A stretch of 64,000 nt of DNA, taken from positions 62,001 through 126,000 of the forward strand of contig NW_024056015.1 of NCBI RefSeq assembly GCF_902713615.1, given 5' to 3'. The stretch comes from Scyliorhinus canicula (lineage: Eukaryota). The notes beneath the pieces were generated by a model, which had not been told where the DNA came from, searched no databases, and saw only the letters and a list, made by a program, of their open reading frames with translations. Positions 12,914 to 24,648 of this stretch are shown here, in pieces (the stretch's first letter is position 1; every line of letters starts with the position of its first letter). Both the position numbers and the translations under genes were made by a program.

Positions 12914-13213
12914 TGATGGAACCATCAATTCACCAGACACGTGTTTCCGATATGAATCTAGGCTTTAATCGACTTACTTCAAAACCAGCCTGTTACCCGT
13001 TGATGAACACTTAGTGAACTCAGGCTGACGCTGGACAAGGGTATTTATACATCTGCACTAGGGGGAGGAGTCGTGGGCGGAGCCAAGGGTGGAGCCCAGT
13101 ACAAGTTCCTGAGTACTCCCAGAGCTACTCCCCCTAGTGGTAGGATAGCGCTACTGCGCTTATAAATACAGTGTGAATGATCATATATACATATATATAT
13201 TACATTCACCACA
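12914..13213 (-). repeat. Gypsy 5' LTR
   Basis: Same termini as 7571-7866 but visibly diverged from it (substitutions and indels). Confidence 0.85.
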
Positions 13214-13548
13214 GTGTCCACTCGGATGTCGTGTTCATTCAACCAGAGGCAGACAGTCAACAAACCGGAAGACTGGCCTGCAGAAGCAGCGGGGTCAGTC
13301 TTGGAAATCAGCGAATGTCCTGGTACCGGCAGACTCCCGGTCAAGCCCTGCACTGGATACTTTCCTACTGTAGCGAAGGCAGCAAGCAGTACAATCCACA
13401 GTTTTCGGGACGCTTTACTGCTTCCAAAGACCTTTCAAAGAATATATTCGCTCTGGATATCAAGGGCTTGAGACCGGAAGGCAGCGCCATTTATTATTGT
13501 ACGCGGGACAACAGTGAGACAGATCAGAGGCATACTTGTACAAAAACT
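13214..13548 (+). pseudogene. Immunoglobulin heavy-chain-type V segment (IgW-like VH / TAILV-like), pseudogene, with 23-spacer RSS
   Basis: VHS|DVVFIQPEA..LACRSSGVSLGNQRMSWYRQTPGQALHWI..YNPQFSGRFTASKDLSKNIFALDIKGLRPEGSAIYYCTR; FR1 shortened; RSS AACAGTG(13510-16)-23-ACAAAAACT(13540-48) with a non-CAC heptamer; LTR abuts the splice acceptor; no leader found. Confidence 0.88.
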
Positions 13549-14689
13549 GTTCAAGTCCAAATCCAACAGTTTCCGAACCCAGTGTGTGTTTCCTTTCACC
13601 ATTACCTTATGTCTGCTTCTTGGCGCGGGACCTTCAGTTTCTTGGTCTCTGCTCAGCAAATCTTCGGCCAACAGTCCCAGTTTGTCCGTGTTCACTCCCT
13701 CAACGCTTCTGATGATTTGTAACCTTCTATCAAATCATTATTTAACCTTTAATATAACGAACAGGCGAGCTCCAGTTTCACCAGCTTGTCTCCAGAAGCG
13801 ACTTTCGTAACTGTTACTATTCCAGTAAATCTCTTCAGCACTCTCTAACATCCTCCATACATTTGTGTTCCCAGAACTCGGAACGATGCTGCAGATTTGA
13901 GTAACCAATGTTTTCCAAAGTGTCACCACAACTTCTTTGCATTTGTAGTTGGCACAAAGTAGACAACATCTGATAGGGTTGAACGTTAATCAGCAAAACC
14001 TACAATTAAGATCTCCACTCTGTAATGGATACCATGAAACCGCTATCGATTTCCCTAACCACCCATCTAGTTTAAGGAAAGAGTTGACATGTGGATCAAC
14101 CAGGGTCGAATGGCCTACTCCTGCTCATTTTCTATGCGAACAAGTCTAGCATGTGATGTTGGGCAGTATGGTGGCCCAATGGTTAGCACTGCTGCCTCCA
14201 GCGCTGAGGACGCGCGTTCGATCCCGGCTCAAATAATTCAGTACTTGAAATTCCGTTTTAAAAAATGCGATGTTTTATCAAGCATCATTGGCATGTGCGC
14301 ATGCGCAGTATAAGCATGTATTCCTGAACTGTGAGATTAAGCTAACGCGCCAATAAAAAAATACGATTTTAAAAAATAATCTTTATTAGTGTCACAAGTA
14401 GGCTTACATTAACAGTGCAATGAAGTTACTGTTAAAACCCCCTAGTCGCCACATTCCGGCGCCTGTTCGGGTACACTGAGGGAGAATTCAGAATGTCTTG
14501 GATCGGCATCTGAAGCGCTGCAAGCTGCAAGGCTACTGATCAAATGCTGGAAAGTGACTTTAAAATGACCGGCAATAACTAACATTTGAACTCCCAAAGC
14601 CTGCCCACAAGCAGCACATCGGAATTCCGATGGAATACTCTTCACTTGCTGGGATCAGCGCCATTTCAACAACACCCAAGATGCTCGAC

Positions 14690-16050
14690 AAAATCCAACT
14701 TGGTAATCATAGGCCAGTTCGGTTAACTTCGGTAGTAGGGAAGATGTTGGAATCTACCATCAAGAAAAAATAGCGAGGCATCTGGATGGAAATTGGCCCA
14801 TTCGGCAGACGCAGCATGGGTTCATAAAGGGCAGGTCGTGCCTAACTAATTTCGTTAATTTTTTTGAGGACATTACCAGTGCGGGAGGTAGCTGGGAGCC
14901 AATGGATGTGGTATACCTGGATTTCCAGAAATTGACAAGATGCCACACAAAAGGTTGCTGCACAAGATAAAGGTGCATGGCATTAAGGGTAAAGTAGTAG
15001 CATGGGTAGAGGATTGGTTAATTACTAGAAAGCAAAGAGTGGGGATTAATAGGTGTTTCTCTGGTTGGCCATCATTAGCTAGTGGTGTCCCTCAGGGACC
15101 AGTGCTGGGCCCACAATTGTTCACAATTTACATAGATGATTTGGAGTTGGGGACAAAGGGCAATGTGTCCAAGTTTGCAGACGACACTAAGATGAGTGGT
15201 AAAGCAAAAAGTGCAGAGGATACCAAAACTTTGCAGAGGGATTTGGATAGGTTAAGTGAATGGGCTATGGTCTGGCAGATGGAATACAATGTTGGCAAAT
15301 AAGAGGGTATCAATTTTGTTGAAATAACAGCAAAAGGGAATATGATTTAAATGATAAAATATTAAAACATGCTGCTGGTCAGGGAGACCTGCTAGTGGAT
15401 GAGTCGCAAAAAGTTGGATACAGGTGCAACAGGTGATTAAGAAGGCAAATGGAATTTTGTCCTTCATTGCTAGAGGGATAGAGTTTAAGACTAGGGAGAT
15501 TATGCTGCAATTGTATAAGGTTTTAGTGAGGCCACACCTGGAGTATTGTGCTCAGTTTTGGTCTCCTTATCTGAGAAAGGACGTATTTGCGCTGGAGGGT
15601 GTGCAGAGGAGATTCACTAGGTTAATCCCAGATCTGAAGGGGTTGGATTACGGGGAGAGGTTGAGTAGGCTGGGACTGTACTCGTCGGAATTTAGAAGGA
15701 TAAGGGGGATCTTATAGAAACATATAAAATTATGAAGGGAATAGATGATATAGATGCGGGCAGGTTGTTTCCACTGGCCGGAGAAAGCAGAACTAGGGGC
15801 CATAGCCTCAAAATAAGGGGAAGTAGATTCACGGCTGAGTTTAAGAGGAACTTCTTCACCCAAAGGTTTGTGGATCTATGGAATTCCTTGCCCAGTGAAG
15901 CAGTGGAGGCGCCTTCATTAAATATTTTTAAGATAACGATCGATAGTTTTTTGAAGAATAAGAGGTTTAAGGGTTATGGTGTTCCGGCCGGCAAGTGGAG
16001 CTGAATCCACAATAGATCAGGTATGATCTCATTGAATGGCTGAGGAGGCT
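14690..16050 (+). mobile_element. CR1 LINE 3' half, same family as 1-3164
   Basis: QHGF, PHKRLL, KFADD, RPHLEYC, RGHSLK motifs with stops; closely similar to ~1750-3100. Confidence 0.9.
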
Positions 16051-16135
16051 CGAGCGGCTGACTGGTTCTTTATCCAATACCTTAAACATTCACTTCCTCC
16101 ACCAGGAGTGTGTATTGGTTCAGCGTGTACCACCA

Positions 16136-16339
16136 GGGGCTGGTTTAGCTAGGGGCTGGTTTAGCTCACTCGGCTAAATCGCTGGCTTTTAAAGCAGACC
16201 AAGCAGGCCAGCAGCACGGTTCAATTCCCGTACCAGCCTCCCCGGACAGGCGCCGGAATGTGGCGACTAGGGGCTTTTCACAGTAAATTCATTGAAGCCT
16301 ACTCGTGACAATAAGCGATTTTCATTTCATTTCATTTCA
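16136..16339 (+). mobile_element. tRNA-derived SINE (GGGGCTGGTTTAGCTCAC head, CATTT tail) with a duplicated 5' start
   Basis: Box A/B-like head; tail shared with ~8 other copies in the window. Confidence 0.8.
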
Positions 16340-16960
16340 CCTGAAAGGTTCACTGAAGCAACTCACCAAGTCTCATTTGATAATGCTTTGAATGCTGCAA
16401 ACTCTACTCTCTGGAAAGACAAGAACAGCAGATCCCCGGGGACATCCCCACTTGGAAGTTGCTCTCCCAAGTCATCATCCTGACGTGGAAAAGTGTTGCC
16501 GTTATTTGAAAATCCTGGAACACATTTCTAAATAGCACTGTGAGCCTAATAAATCACAGAGATCGTGACGGTTCAAAAAGGCAGCTTCACATAACCAGTT
16601 CATGGGTGATTATGAATCTCTGAGAGATAAAGCAACGTGTGTTGAAAAAGCAAAGAAAATGGCACCTGAGCCGTGAGGATAATCTGACTGGAGTCACCCA
16701 TCCATATTTCTATCCAGAAAATGAGGAAAGTTGGATTATTGAGAACAAATTGACCGCGGTTAAAAATGATTGCATGAAGGTACCTGAGCTTCCGGATCAC
16801 AATAACCTGGCGCTGTTTCGAACGCACCCACGAGTCTTTAAACCCGGAACCATCCTCTCTGTGAACACAGTGGCTGCAACCCAGCTTCGGTTGTTTCTAA
16901 TCACTGCCAGCAGATAGGCACCGACCCCTATCTGACGGCACCACTGGGGTCACACGGAAC

Positions 16961-16968
16961 TGACGTGA
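16961..16968 (+). promoter_or_regulatory. CRE-like motif in a V promoter
   Basis: TGACGTGA ~100 nt upstream of the V ATG; the same octamer lies at 48142-48149 upstream of the V at 48196; TCR V promoters are known to carry CRE-like elements. Confidence 0.5.
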
Positions 16969-17060
16969 CAAGCTCCTGACATCCACCAGCAGATTATTGA
17001 GAGCGGCGATTGGACAGACTGTCTTCAAATATCCAGCTCCCCTTTTACAGAGCAGTGACA

Positions 17061-17516
17061 ATGTTCAGCCTCCTGGTTGTGTGGGGAGCATTACTGGCAG
17101 GTAATATTATAATGCATCCGTTTCATCGTTGCAATCATGTCCAGCCCATGGTTTGAATTAAATATTAAACATATGTTGTCCGATTTCGATACGTTTCTTT
17201 TTTCCAGATCTGAGTCATGGAGATTCTGTCACTCAGCCTATCTCCTCGGAGGTTAAGACAGAAGGAGGAGGGGTGACTTTAAACTGTACCTATGATACTA
17301 CTTTGAGCAGCTATAGCTTACTCTGGTACCGACAACACCCAGCCACTCAGCCCACATATATAATCAGGAAAGATTCTGATGGTGAGGAATATAAAGCAGA
17401 TTTTGCTGAAGATCGTTTCTCTGTAGATCTCCAGACATCGACGAAATTCATCAGTTTAACTATATCGAGGCTGACGCTGACTGACGCTGCCGTGTATTAT
17501 TGCACTTTCTGGAATA
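17061..17516 (+). CDS. TCR alpha/delta V segment, apparently functional; join(17061..17100,17208..17516)
   Basis: Leader MFSLLVVWGALLA, GT/AG intron, V exon DLSHG|DSVTQP..LNCTY..WYRQ..DAAVYYCTFWN with no stops. Confidence 0.92.
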
Positions 17517-17555
17517 CACAGTGATATGAAACAGCCTCATGCCTGTACAAAAACT
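17517..17555 (+). other. 23-spacer RSS
   Basis: CACAGTG-23 nt-ACAAAAACT. Confidence 0.95.
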
Positions 17556-18834
17556 ATGGGTGGAAACTGCAGACTGTTGAAGCATGTTGAGGATCGCGGT
17601 CTGCTGCAGCTAAATGGGCTGTCAACCACTCAGACACACAGAGAGGAAACCACATCAACCTCCCATCAAACTGTCAACTAACTGTATCCAGAATGGGCTG
17701 AGAAAACAAACTGATGAACCCAATCCGATGAACCGACATATCAGAGAATCATAATTTATTAGATTTGCTCCAATCCCCACTCTTTCTAACCTGCTGCGGT
17801 GTGAGACTGGCCTGTGGAGAGCTGAATGTCACTGAATGTCCATTACGAACTGTGCTACTATTTCCTTGCTGAGGGGATTGTGACGCTGTTGGCGTCGGGA
17901 GAGCGATTGACATCGCCACCTGTTAATTATCACCAGCAAACCGATGTTCATAGAGAAGAAATATTCTGCAGCATTCGGGAGACATCCTGAAGCACCATGG
18001 ACATTGAGGGAAGTCTATTCTTGGCTATGTTTTTAAATATATATATTTATTCAAGCAAAAGTTTCATTATAACCAACAAAACTACCTGTACTACAAACAT
18101 TTCATTACAACAAACAACCCCACCAACATTACAACCCTAATGCCATCCTATTCCTAAACAACAACCTGCCCCAACCATAGGCTTAGAATAAGAGGTAGGA
18201 AATTTAAAACAGAGTTGTGGGGAAACTACTTCTCCCAAAGGGTTGTGAATCTGGAATTCAATACCCCACATTGCGGTGGATGCTGGTACAGTGAATACAT
18301 TTAAGCTGGTGTTAGGCAGATTTTGAATTGGTAATGGGTTGACTGGTTATGGAAAACGGGCAGAATGCTGGAGTTAGGGCCAGGATGAGATTAGCCATGA
18401 TTGAATGTTCCCGTGCTATGGATGCCACCACCACTGACAACATTTGCTACCCATCCCTAATTGCCATTGAACTGGATGGTCTATTCGGCTTATCCAGAGG
18501 GCATTGTGTAAACCACATTGCTGGTTGTCAGTCTGGAATCACAAGTATGCCAGGCCAGGAAGAATGGCAGATTTATTCCCTAACGGACAGTGACGAAGCA
18601 GCTTGTTCTCTGCAACACTCAATGCTAATCACGCGCTCCCATGACAGAGGCTGCCTTTCATTACCTAAATTCAATTCCACAAGCTGCCATGATCGGATCT
18701 GAACCCCTGTTCAAAACATTAGCCTGGCTCTAGATTACTTGTCCAGTGGCACTACACCTCCTTCTGTCGCGCGAACATTGTTAAATTATTACAATACTTC
18801 ATGACATCATGACGAGCTTTAGGCAAGCATTCCG

Positions 18835-19320
18835 AATGCTGTCTTGCCTACCTTGTCCACAAGTCTTGCCACCTTTAAAGATCTGTGGACATGCACGCCC
18901 AGATCTCTCTGACTTTCTATATTTCTGAGAGTTTTGCCATTAACGGTATGTTTCCCCTCTATGTTAGACCTACCAAAATGCATTAACTCGCATCTGTGCT
19001 AATTAAACCCCATTTGCCATTTATCTGCCCAAGTCTCCAACCTATCTATGTCCTGCTGTATCGTCTGACAATCCTCACCCATATCTGCCACTCCACCAAC
19101 TTTGGTGTCATCCGCAAACTTACTAATCAGACCAGCTACATTTTCCTCCAATTCTTTTATGTACACTACAAACAACAGAGGCCCAAGCACCGATCCCTGT
19201 GGAACACCACAAGGCACAACCTTCCATTCAGAAAAACACCCTTCTACTGCTATCCTTTGCCTTCTGTGGCAGAGCCAGTTCTGTATCCATCTTACCACCT
19301 CACCTCTGATCCCGTGTGGC
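18835..19320 (-). mobile_element. CR1 LINE internal fragment
   Basis: GVPQGSVLGPLLF, KFADD (ORF 18999-19427). Confidence 0.85.
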
Positions 19321-19528
19321 AGATAAAAAAACATTTTTAACGTTTGCGGAAAGAGCGGTGGATGGGGGCAAATGATAGCCCTGTCATCTCTCAACACAGG
19401 CACGTTGTGCGTCAATTGCAGTATCATTCAATGGTTCTATAATGAAGAGATGGAATTAATGTTTACTGATATCGCCCGTATCAAATTACTTTCTATTTAT
19501 TTATTATGTGAAAGATTGTGTTATTCAG

Positions 19529-19822
19529 GTTCCATTAAATAACCTAGATCATCAGCATTCATTTGTGGAGAATGACTGAATGGTGTTGACCTGTCCGGAC
19601 TCCACACACAGCCGCCGATATGATTTGCTCTGGTATCGACAAAATCTGGGGAACAGCCGGTATGTTTAAACAGAAGGAATCCTGATGGGGGACTAGAGAA
19701 AGTGGAGCATGCGGGAGACCGATTCCTTCAACGCTCTGAGTATGAGTTGTAGAGCTGAGTGACAGTGGGACCTTTTACTCTGTGCTGAATATTCATTGTG
19801 GTAAAGGCCTCGTACAGAAACT
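19529..19822 (+). pseudogene. Degraded TCR V relic with a shortened RSS
   Basis: Frameshifted fragments VLTC..RYDLLWYRQ, EHAGDRF, LSDSGTFYSVL; RSS-like CATTGTG(19794-800)-13 nt-ACAGAAACT(19814-22). Confidence 0.7.
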
Positions 19823-21113
19823 AGCTGGATATAACATAACCCTAGCGATAGGAGTTCATTTTGTGATCACTGAATCTTCACCTCTTGCAGAATCAGACAC
19901 CGACTATTTCCGCGTGTTTGAATAACGCAAATAAAGCGTTACCCGATGTAAAAAGGGCAATACCCAATGATTGAGTTTCTAAACAAAATAGGTAGAGAGA
20001 AAGGCAACGAACAGTAAATAGAAAGAGAGAATAAGGCAGAGATAAAAAGTGAGCAGAAAGCTGTGAGATGTGAAGAGACAGTGATGGACGCAAAGATCGA
20101 CTGACGACGGAGGAAGAATGAGAAAGCCAGAAAATGTGTGGAGAGATGGAGATATATATATTGTATATATATATATATATATATGTATACAGAAGGAGAG
20201 AAAGCGAAATAAGGACAGACACAGCTTCGCAATTTTCAGCAATCTGATTCGATTTCTGATTTCCAGCGAAGTGTGATTTCATCTTTACCAATTATGTGAT
20301 TTCAATGTGACTCATTAGGATGCTACTAATGAGCCGGCATTGAGCTACCAGCTGCCGCATTGCAGAAACCGCTTGATTAACTGTTCTGGATGAAAATAGG
20401 GAACTAAATAGTTAACAGGTGCGCATCTCTCAGATACTGCGGTTTGAATGTGGGGAATGTGCTGATTTTTGGAAAATGAGAATCTTTGGACAGTTTATGT
20501 CACGGCCCATTATTAATTGACAGCTGTTGTTACTGAATCACAACAACGTGTGAATCAAAGATTAGAGAAGTTCAACCTCGTGCACAACATAAGTTAGCAA
20601 ACGCGATAAGATTTTTTATTTTTAAATCTAAATGTGTTCGATGCATTCCTAGGTTTCCAAAAACACCTTTCATTCTCTTCACAGAACTGCATTTCTGATC
20701 TTTTACGAAAAAATTGATCATTATTCTTCTATCTCTCTCTCCCTTTCCCTCTCTATTTCTGTCTCTGCATATTTCTTCGCCAGTCCACCTATAGCTGAAT
20801 AATTCGAATTAGCACGATTAAAACTGGAGAAGGCCGATCAGCCCCCCGAATCCGCTCTGCCATTCCATAGGAGGATTGCACATCAGTCCGTCAACTCATG
20901 TGTGCTCACTGAATGGCTGCCTCCATCGGCAAAACTTTATCTGAACTTCAGCTGACCCAGGGCCCATATTTGAATCTGGTTTAAATGTAAGGTGAGTTTG
21001 TCTGCAAACAATGGGAGAGGAAGTGATTTTTACCAAGATTCCCCTGACAGAAGCTGTTCTGTTTCGGATTTGATTTCATAAAGGGAGTGAAAGGCTTGGG
21101 CCCGGTAGCGGCC

Positions 21114-21584
21114 ATGCAGATATTCAGAGCCTGGATTGTGTTTGGCCTATTTATTGACGGTCCGGATGACTCCAATCGTGTCACATTCAAACAAAGGTGT
21201 TAATATTGTTTAACTGGCACCATTTAATTCTTGATCTTGTCTTGTTCCTGAACTCTACACATCTGAGTGATGAAGATTCTGTTACTCAGCCCTAGGCATC
21301 GAAGAGTGGGAATAAAGGTATTGCGTGACTCTAAAATGACCTATAGTACTACGGAAGAGGGTATTATATATATTGGTACTTGCAGCAACCAGCGAAGGAG
21401 CCCGTTTATTGTGTGGAGACGGTTTTGGGATGTTGTGGAGGTTCGGGATTAGGAAATAATCCAGCTGTCAGACTCCGCTGGAAGTTTAAACGTCACGGAA
21501 TTGCAGGCGATTAACGCTGCCGTGTATTACTGCTCTCCCTGAGACTCACACTGATATAAAGCATTACCAGACTGTACAAAAACT
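21114..21584 (+). pseudogene. TCR alpha/delta V pseudogene
   Basis: Leader MQIFRAWIVFGLFID (21114-21159); acceptor AC instead of AG before 21261; DSVTQP, WYLQQP and AAVYYC in different frames; RSS CACACTG-22-ACAAAAACT. Confidence 0.85.
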
Positions 21585-21753
21585 GCCTTCCGATTGAAAC
21601 TGCAGTTCCTGGCTGTTGAGGTTGTCTAGAATCTGGGACAGAGGCTGACAGCCACACAAACACACAAGGAGCGGAAACCTATAGCTGCCCTGCTAATCTC
21701 TGCACTGGACTCTGGCAGTAATCACATCTCTGGACACTGTCTCTGTTTATATT

Positions 21754-21955
21754 GCCATGATGTGGAGATGCCGGCGTTGGACTGGGGTGAGCACAGTAAG
21801 AAGTCTTACAACACCAGGTTAAAGTCCAACAGGTTTGTTTCAAACACGAGCTTTCGGAGCACGGCTCCTTCTTCACCTGAAGAAGGAGCCGTGCTCCGAA
21901 AGCTCGTGTTTGAAACAAACCTGTTGGACTTTAACCTGGTGTTGTAAGACTTCTT
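21754..21955. mobile_element. Non-autonomous Penelope-derived inverted pLTR module flanked by a 12-bp direct repeat
   Basis: Near-perfect inverted repeat centred on 21876-21877; homologous to 4741-4870; TCTGTTTATATT at 21742-53 and 21956-67. Confidence 0.8.
21871..21912 (+). ncRNA. Minimal hammerhead ribozyme, core intact
   Basis: CAC-CTGAAGA-A-GGAGC-CGT-GCTCC-GAAAG-CTC-GTG; predicted cleavage after 21905. Confidence 0.7.
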
Positions 21956-22972
21956 TCTGTTTATATTAATCTCGACCCTGTATCAATAAACAGGGCGGTA
22001 GACACTTTCACGGATTCAATTAATCTAGACTCTGGAACAGTCATCATTGTTCTAGATCCTGTCTCGGATTAAGTTAATGCACACTCTATATCTGTAGCCA
22101 CTGCGTTAAAATCTGGCTGGGTGTGGATTAATTCGACGCTGTCCGGTAATCATTGCACGAGGTTTCCTCCCACAGTCAAAATATGTGCAGGCTAGGTTGG
22201 TTGGCCCACAGTAATAAGATGTGCAGGTTAGATGGATTGACTATGATAAATTGTTCCTTAGTGTCAAAACCTTTGTTGGTTACGGGGATAGGACCAGGGA
22301 GTTTTTTTTATATCCGTTCACTGGACATCGCTGGCTGTGCCAGCATTTATTGCCCATCCCTAATTGCCCTTGGATTTGTATTTGTTTATTGTCACATGTA
22401 CCGAGGTACAGTGAAAATTATTTTTCTGCGAGCAGCTCAACAGATCATTAAGAACATGGGAAGAAAAGAGAATAAAAGAAAATACATAATAGGGCAACAC
22501 AAGGTGCACAATGTAACTCCATAAACCCTTGAGGAGGCAGTTAAGAGCCAACCACATTGCTGTGGGTCTGGAATCACATATACTCCAGACCTGGTAAGGA
22601 CGGCGGATTTCCTTCACTCAAGGGTATTATTGAACCAGATGGGCATGCACGACAATGGTTTCATAGTCATTGATTACACTTTTAATTCCAGATTTGTATT
22701 GAAATCCGGAATTGAACTTGGGATCCAGCCCAGCAGTCTGAGTCTTTGGGTAACTAGTCCAGTGATAATACCACTACACCACCGCCTTCCCCTAATACAC
22801 GGCACCATTCATCGGCTGCAATTCCATTTTGGTTAAACGTCCGGTGGAGTGGACGGAAGTAGGGTACTCTCTCAGGGGGCCTAATGGCTTCTTTCTGTAC
22901 TGTAGAAAATATATTTGACTGTACTGTACTGTACTGTAGAAAATATATACTGTACTGTAGAAAATATAACCA

Positions 22973-23151
22973 GGGGCTGGTTTAGCTCACTCAGCTAAAT
23001 CGCTGGCTTTTAAAGCAGACCAAGCAGGCCAGCTGCACGGTTCGGTTCCCGTACCAGCCTCCCCGAACAGGCGCCGGAATATGGCGACTAGGGGCTTTTC
23101 ACAGTAACTTCATTGAAGCCTACTCGTGACAATAAGCGATTTTCATTTCAT
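22973..23151 (+). mobile_element. tRNA-derived SINE (GGGGCTGGTTTAGCTCAC family)
   Basis: Full head and tail as at 16136. Confidence 0.8.
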
Positions 23152-23871
23152 ATTCCAGTCTCCGCATTTGTAGTGACTTCAATAGACCATTGTCTCAGTT
23201 TATATCAGTATCAGTATTTTCTGCACGAGATCCTGCCTTGGTTTATATTAGACTCTGTATCAGTACTCACTGCACTAGCCCCGGTGTCATGTTATAGCAT
23301 CCAGGCCCTGTGTCAGTGTTCAATGCACTAGGTCCTGTCTCCGTTAGGTTTAATTCACGCCCTGTGTCAGTGATGACTGCACCAGGCTCTGCTTCAGTTT
23401 TTGTTAATGCTAATATTGGATGTAATCAAAGTCGACGTAAAGATGTTTCTTCCGTGATTTTTATGTGTTTGTTCAATCAGATATTTGTTTTAGGTAAAGA
23501 GAGGAAGGATTCAGAGTTTTCAGCATGGGATAGATTTGATCTGTGTGAACGAAGATTGAAGCATTCCCAGAAGAGAGAGCTGGCTGGGACAGAATGACTC
23601 TCCAATCTCTTGTGTCTTTACTTATCCATTAGCATTTCACTCTGTCTTTTACCGTCTTCCGATTTGATATTTGGCCACTCTTGTCTCTCATCCTATCTCG
23701 AACCTTTTCCACTTCTGATGGAGGATCATCCGCCTGAAACCTTAACCCCACTTCTCTCTCCACAGAGGCCAACTGACCTACTGAGGATTTCCAGCATTTT
23801 GTGGTCTGTTACAGGAGTGACAAAATGGGTGAACTGATCATGTTTAGTGATTGTTGATGGCTGCCGGTCGT

Positions 23872-23944
23872 TTCCGCGTTGCACTTGTGGTTAGGACACG
23901 TCGCTTTCATGGCCGTGGCCCAAGTTCAGTGGCCGGCCGCAGAA
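23872..23944 (+). pseudogene. Degenerate tRNA-Glu(TTC)-like relic
   Basis: GTGGTTAGGA..GTCGCTTTCA.GGCCGTGGCCC..GTTC aligns by eye to vertebrate tRNA-Glu; acceptor and T stems broken. Confidence 0.4.
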
Positions 23945-24129
23945 TTAGCTTTTTCTTTCTGTTGTCTGAGCGGTTGCAATTCGAAAATGTAAACCAGGCT
24001 ACGTCTGGAGAGTGAGGAACATGGTTGCTATTCCAACTGCACGTTATTTTCACCAGAATTGTAAAAGTTTGAGATTTATGAAGTGAAAATCATGCACAAA
24101 TCGGAGGGGAATCTGAGACAAATCTGAGA

Positions 24130-24500
24130 CAAATTTTCAACTCATCGCTGGGCACAGCCGAGGTGCCAGGGGGCTCATGGACAGCTGATGTGGTACCATT
24201 ATTCAAGGAGGGGAGTAGTGAAAAGTCTGTCAATTACATGCCAGTGACTCTAAAATGAGTGGTAGGAAAATTATTGGAATAAGGACTGAGGGAATGATTT
24301 AACTCTAGTATGGAGAGGCAGAGGTCAATCAAGGATAGTCAGCATGACTTTGTCACTGGAAGGTCATGTCCAACAAATTTGACTGAATTTTCTGAGGAGG
24401 TGCTTGGTATGTGGATGAGGGAAATGCGTTGATGTACTTTACATAGACTTCAGTAAGGATTTTGACAAGATCCCGAATAGGATACTGATCAAGAACGTAA
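24130..24500 (+). mobile_element. Old CR1 RT fragment
   Basis: Decayed KGSREK.VNY.PV, QHDFV.GRSC.TNL.EF, DFSK.FDK segments. Confidence 0.55.
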
Positions 24501-24648
24501 TAAGAACCTATGGAGTACAGCAAAGTTTTCTTTCAGCATCCAAATCATTACAGCTAATTTTATTAGCGACAGGCTGTCTAACATTCACCAGTGTTGGGAA
24601 CACAGGATATCTGGACTTTACAGTATATAACACAAAATCACAAGAATA

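Larger units (their letters stand above)
7571..13213 (-). mobile_element. Gypsy/Ty3 LTR retrotransposon, defective (gag-PR-RT-RH-IN)
   Basis: gag with CCHC knuckles (CHFCGQNQH, CSCCGRKGHYARVC), protease LFDSGS, RT YLDN, RNase H (SEVALAATL), integrase (HSDRGSSF, NGQVER); TG..CA LTRs; purine tract GGGGATGAA next to the 3' LTR; frameshifts and stops throughout. Confidence 0.93.

Noticed and set aside
19893-20291. Hydrophobic minus-strand ORFs
   Set aside because: They derive from (AT)n and AG-rich low-complexity sequence; no recognisable domain
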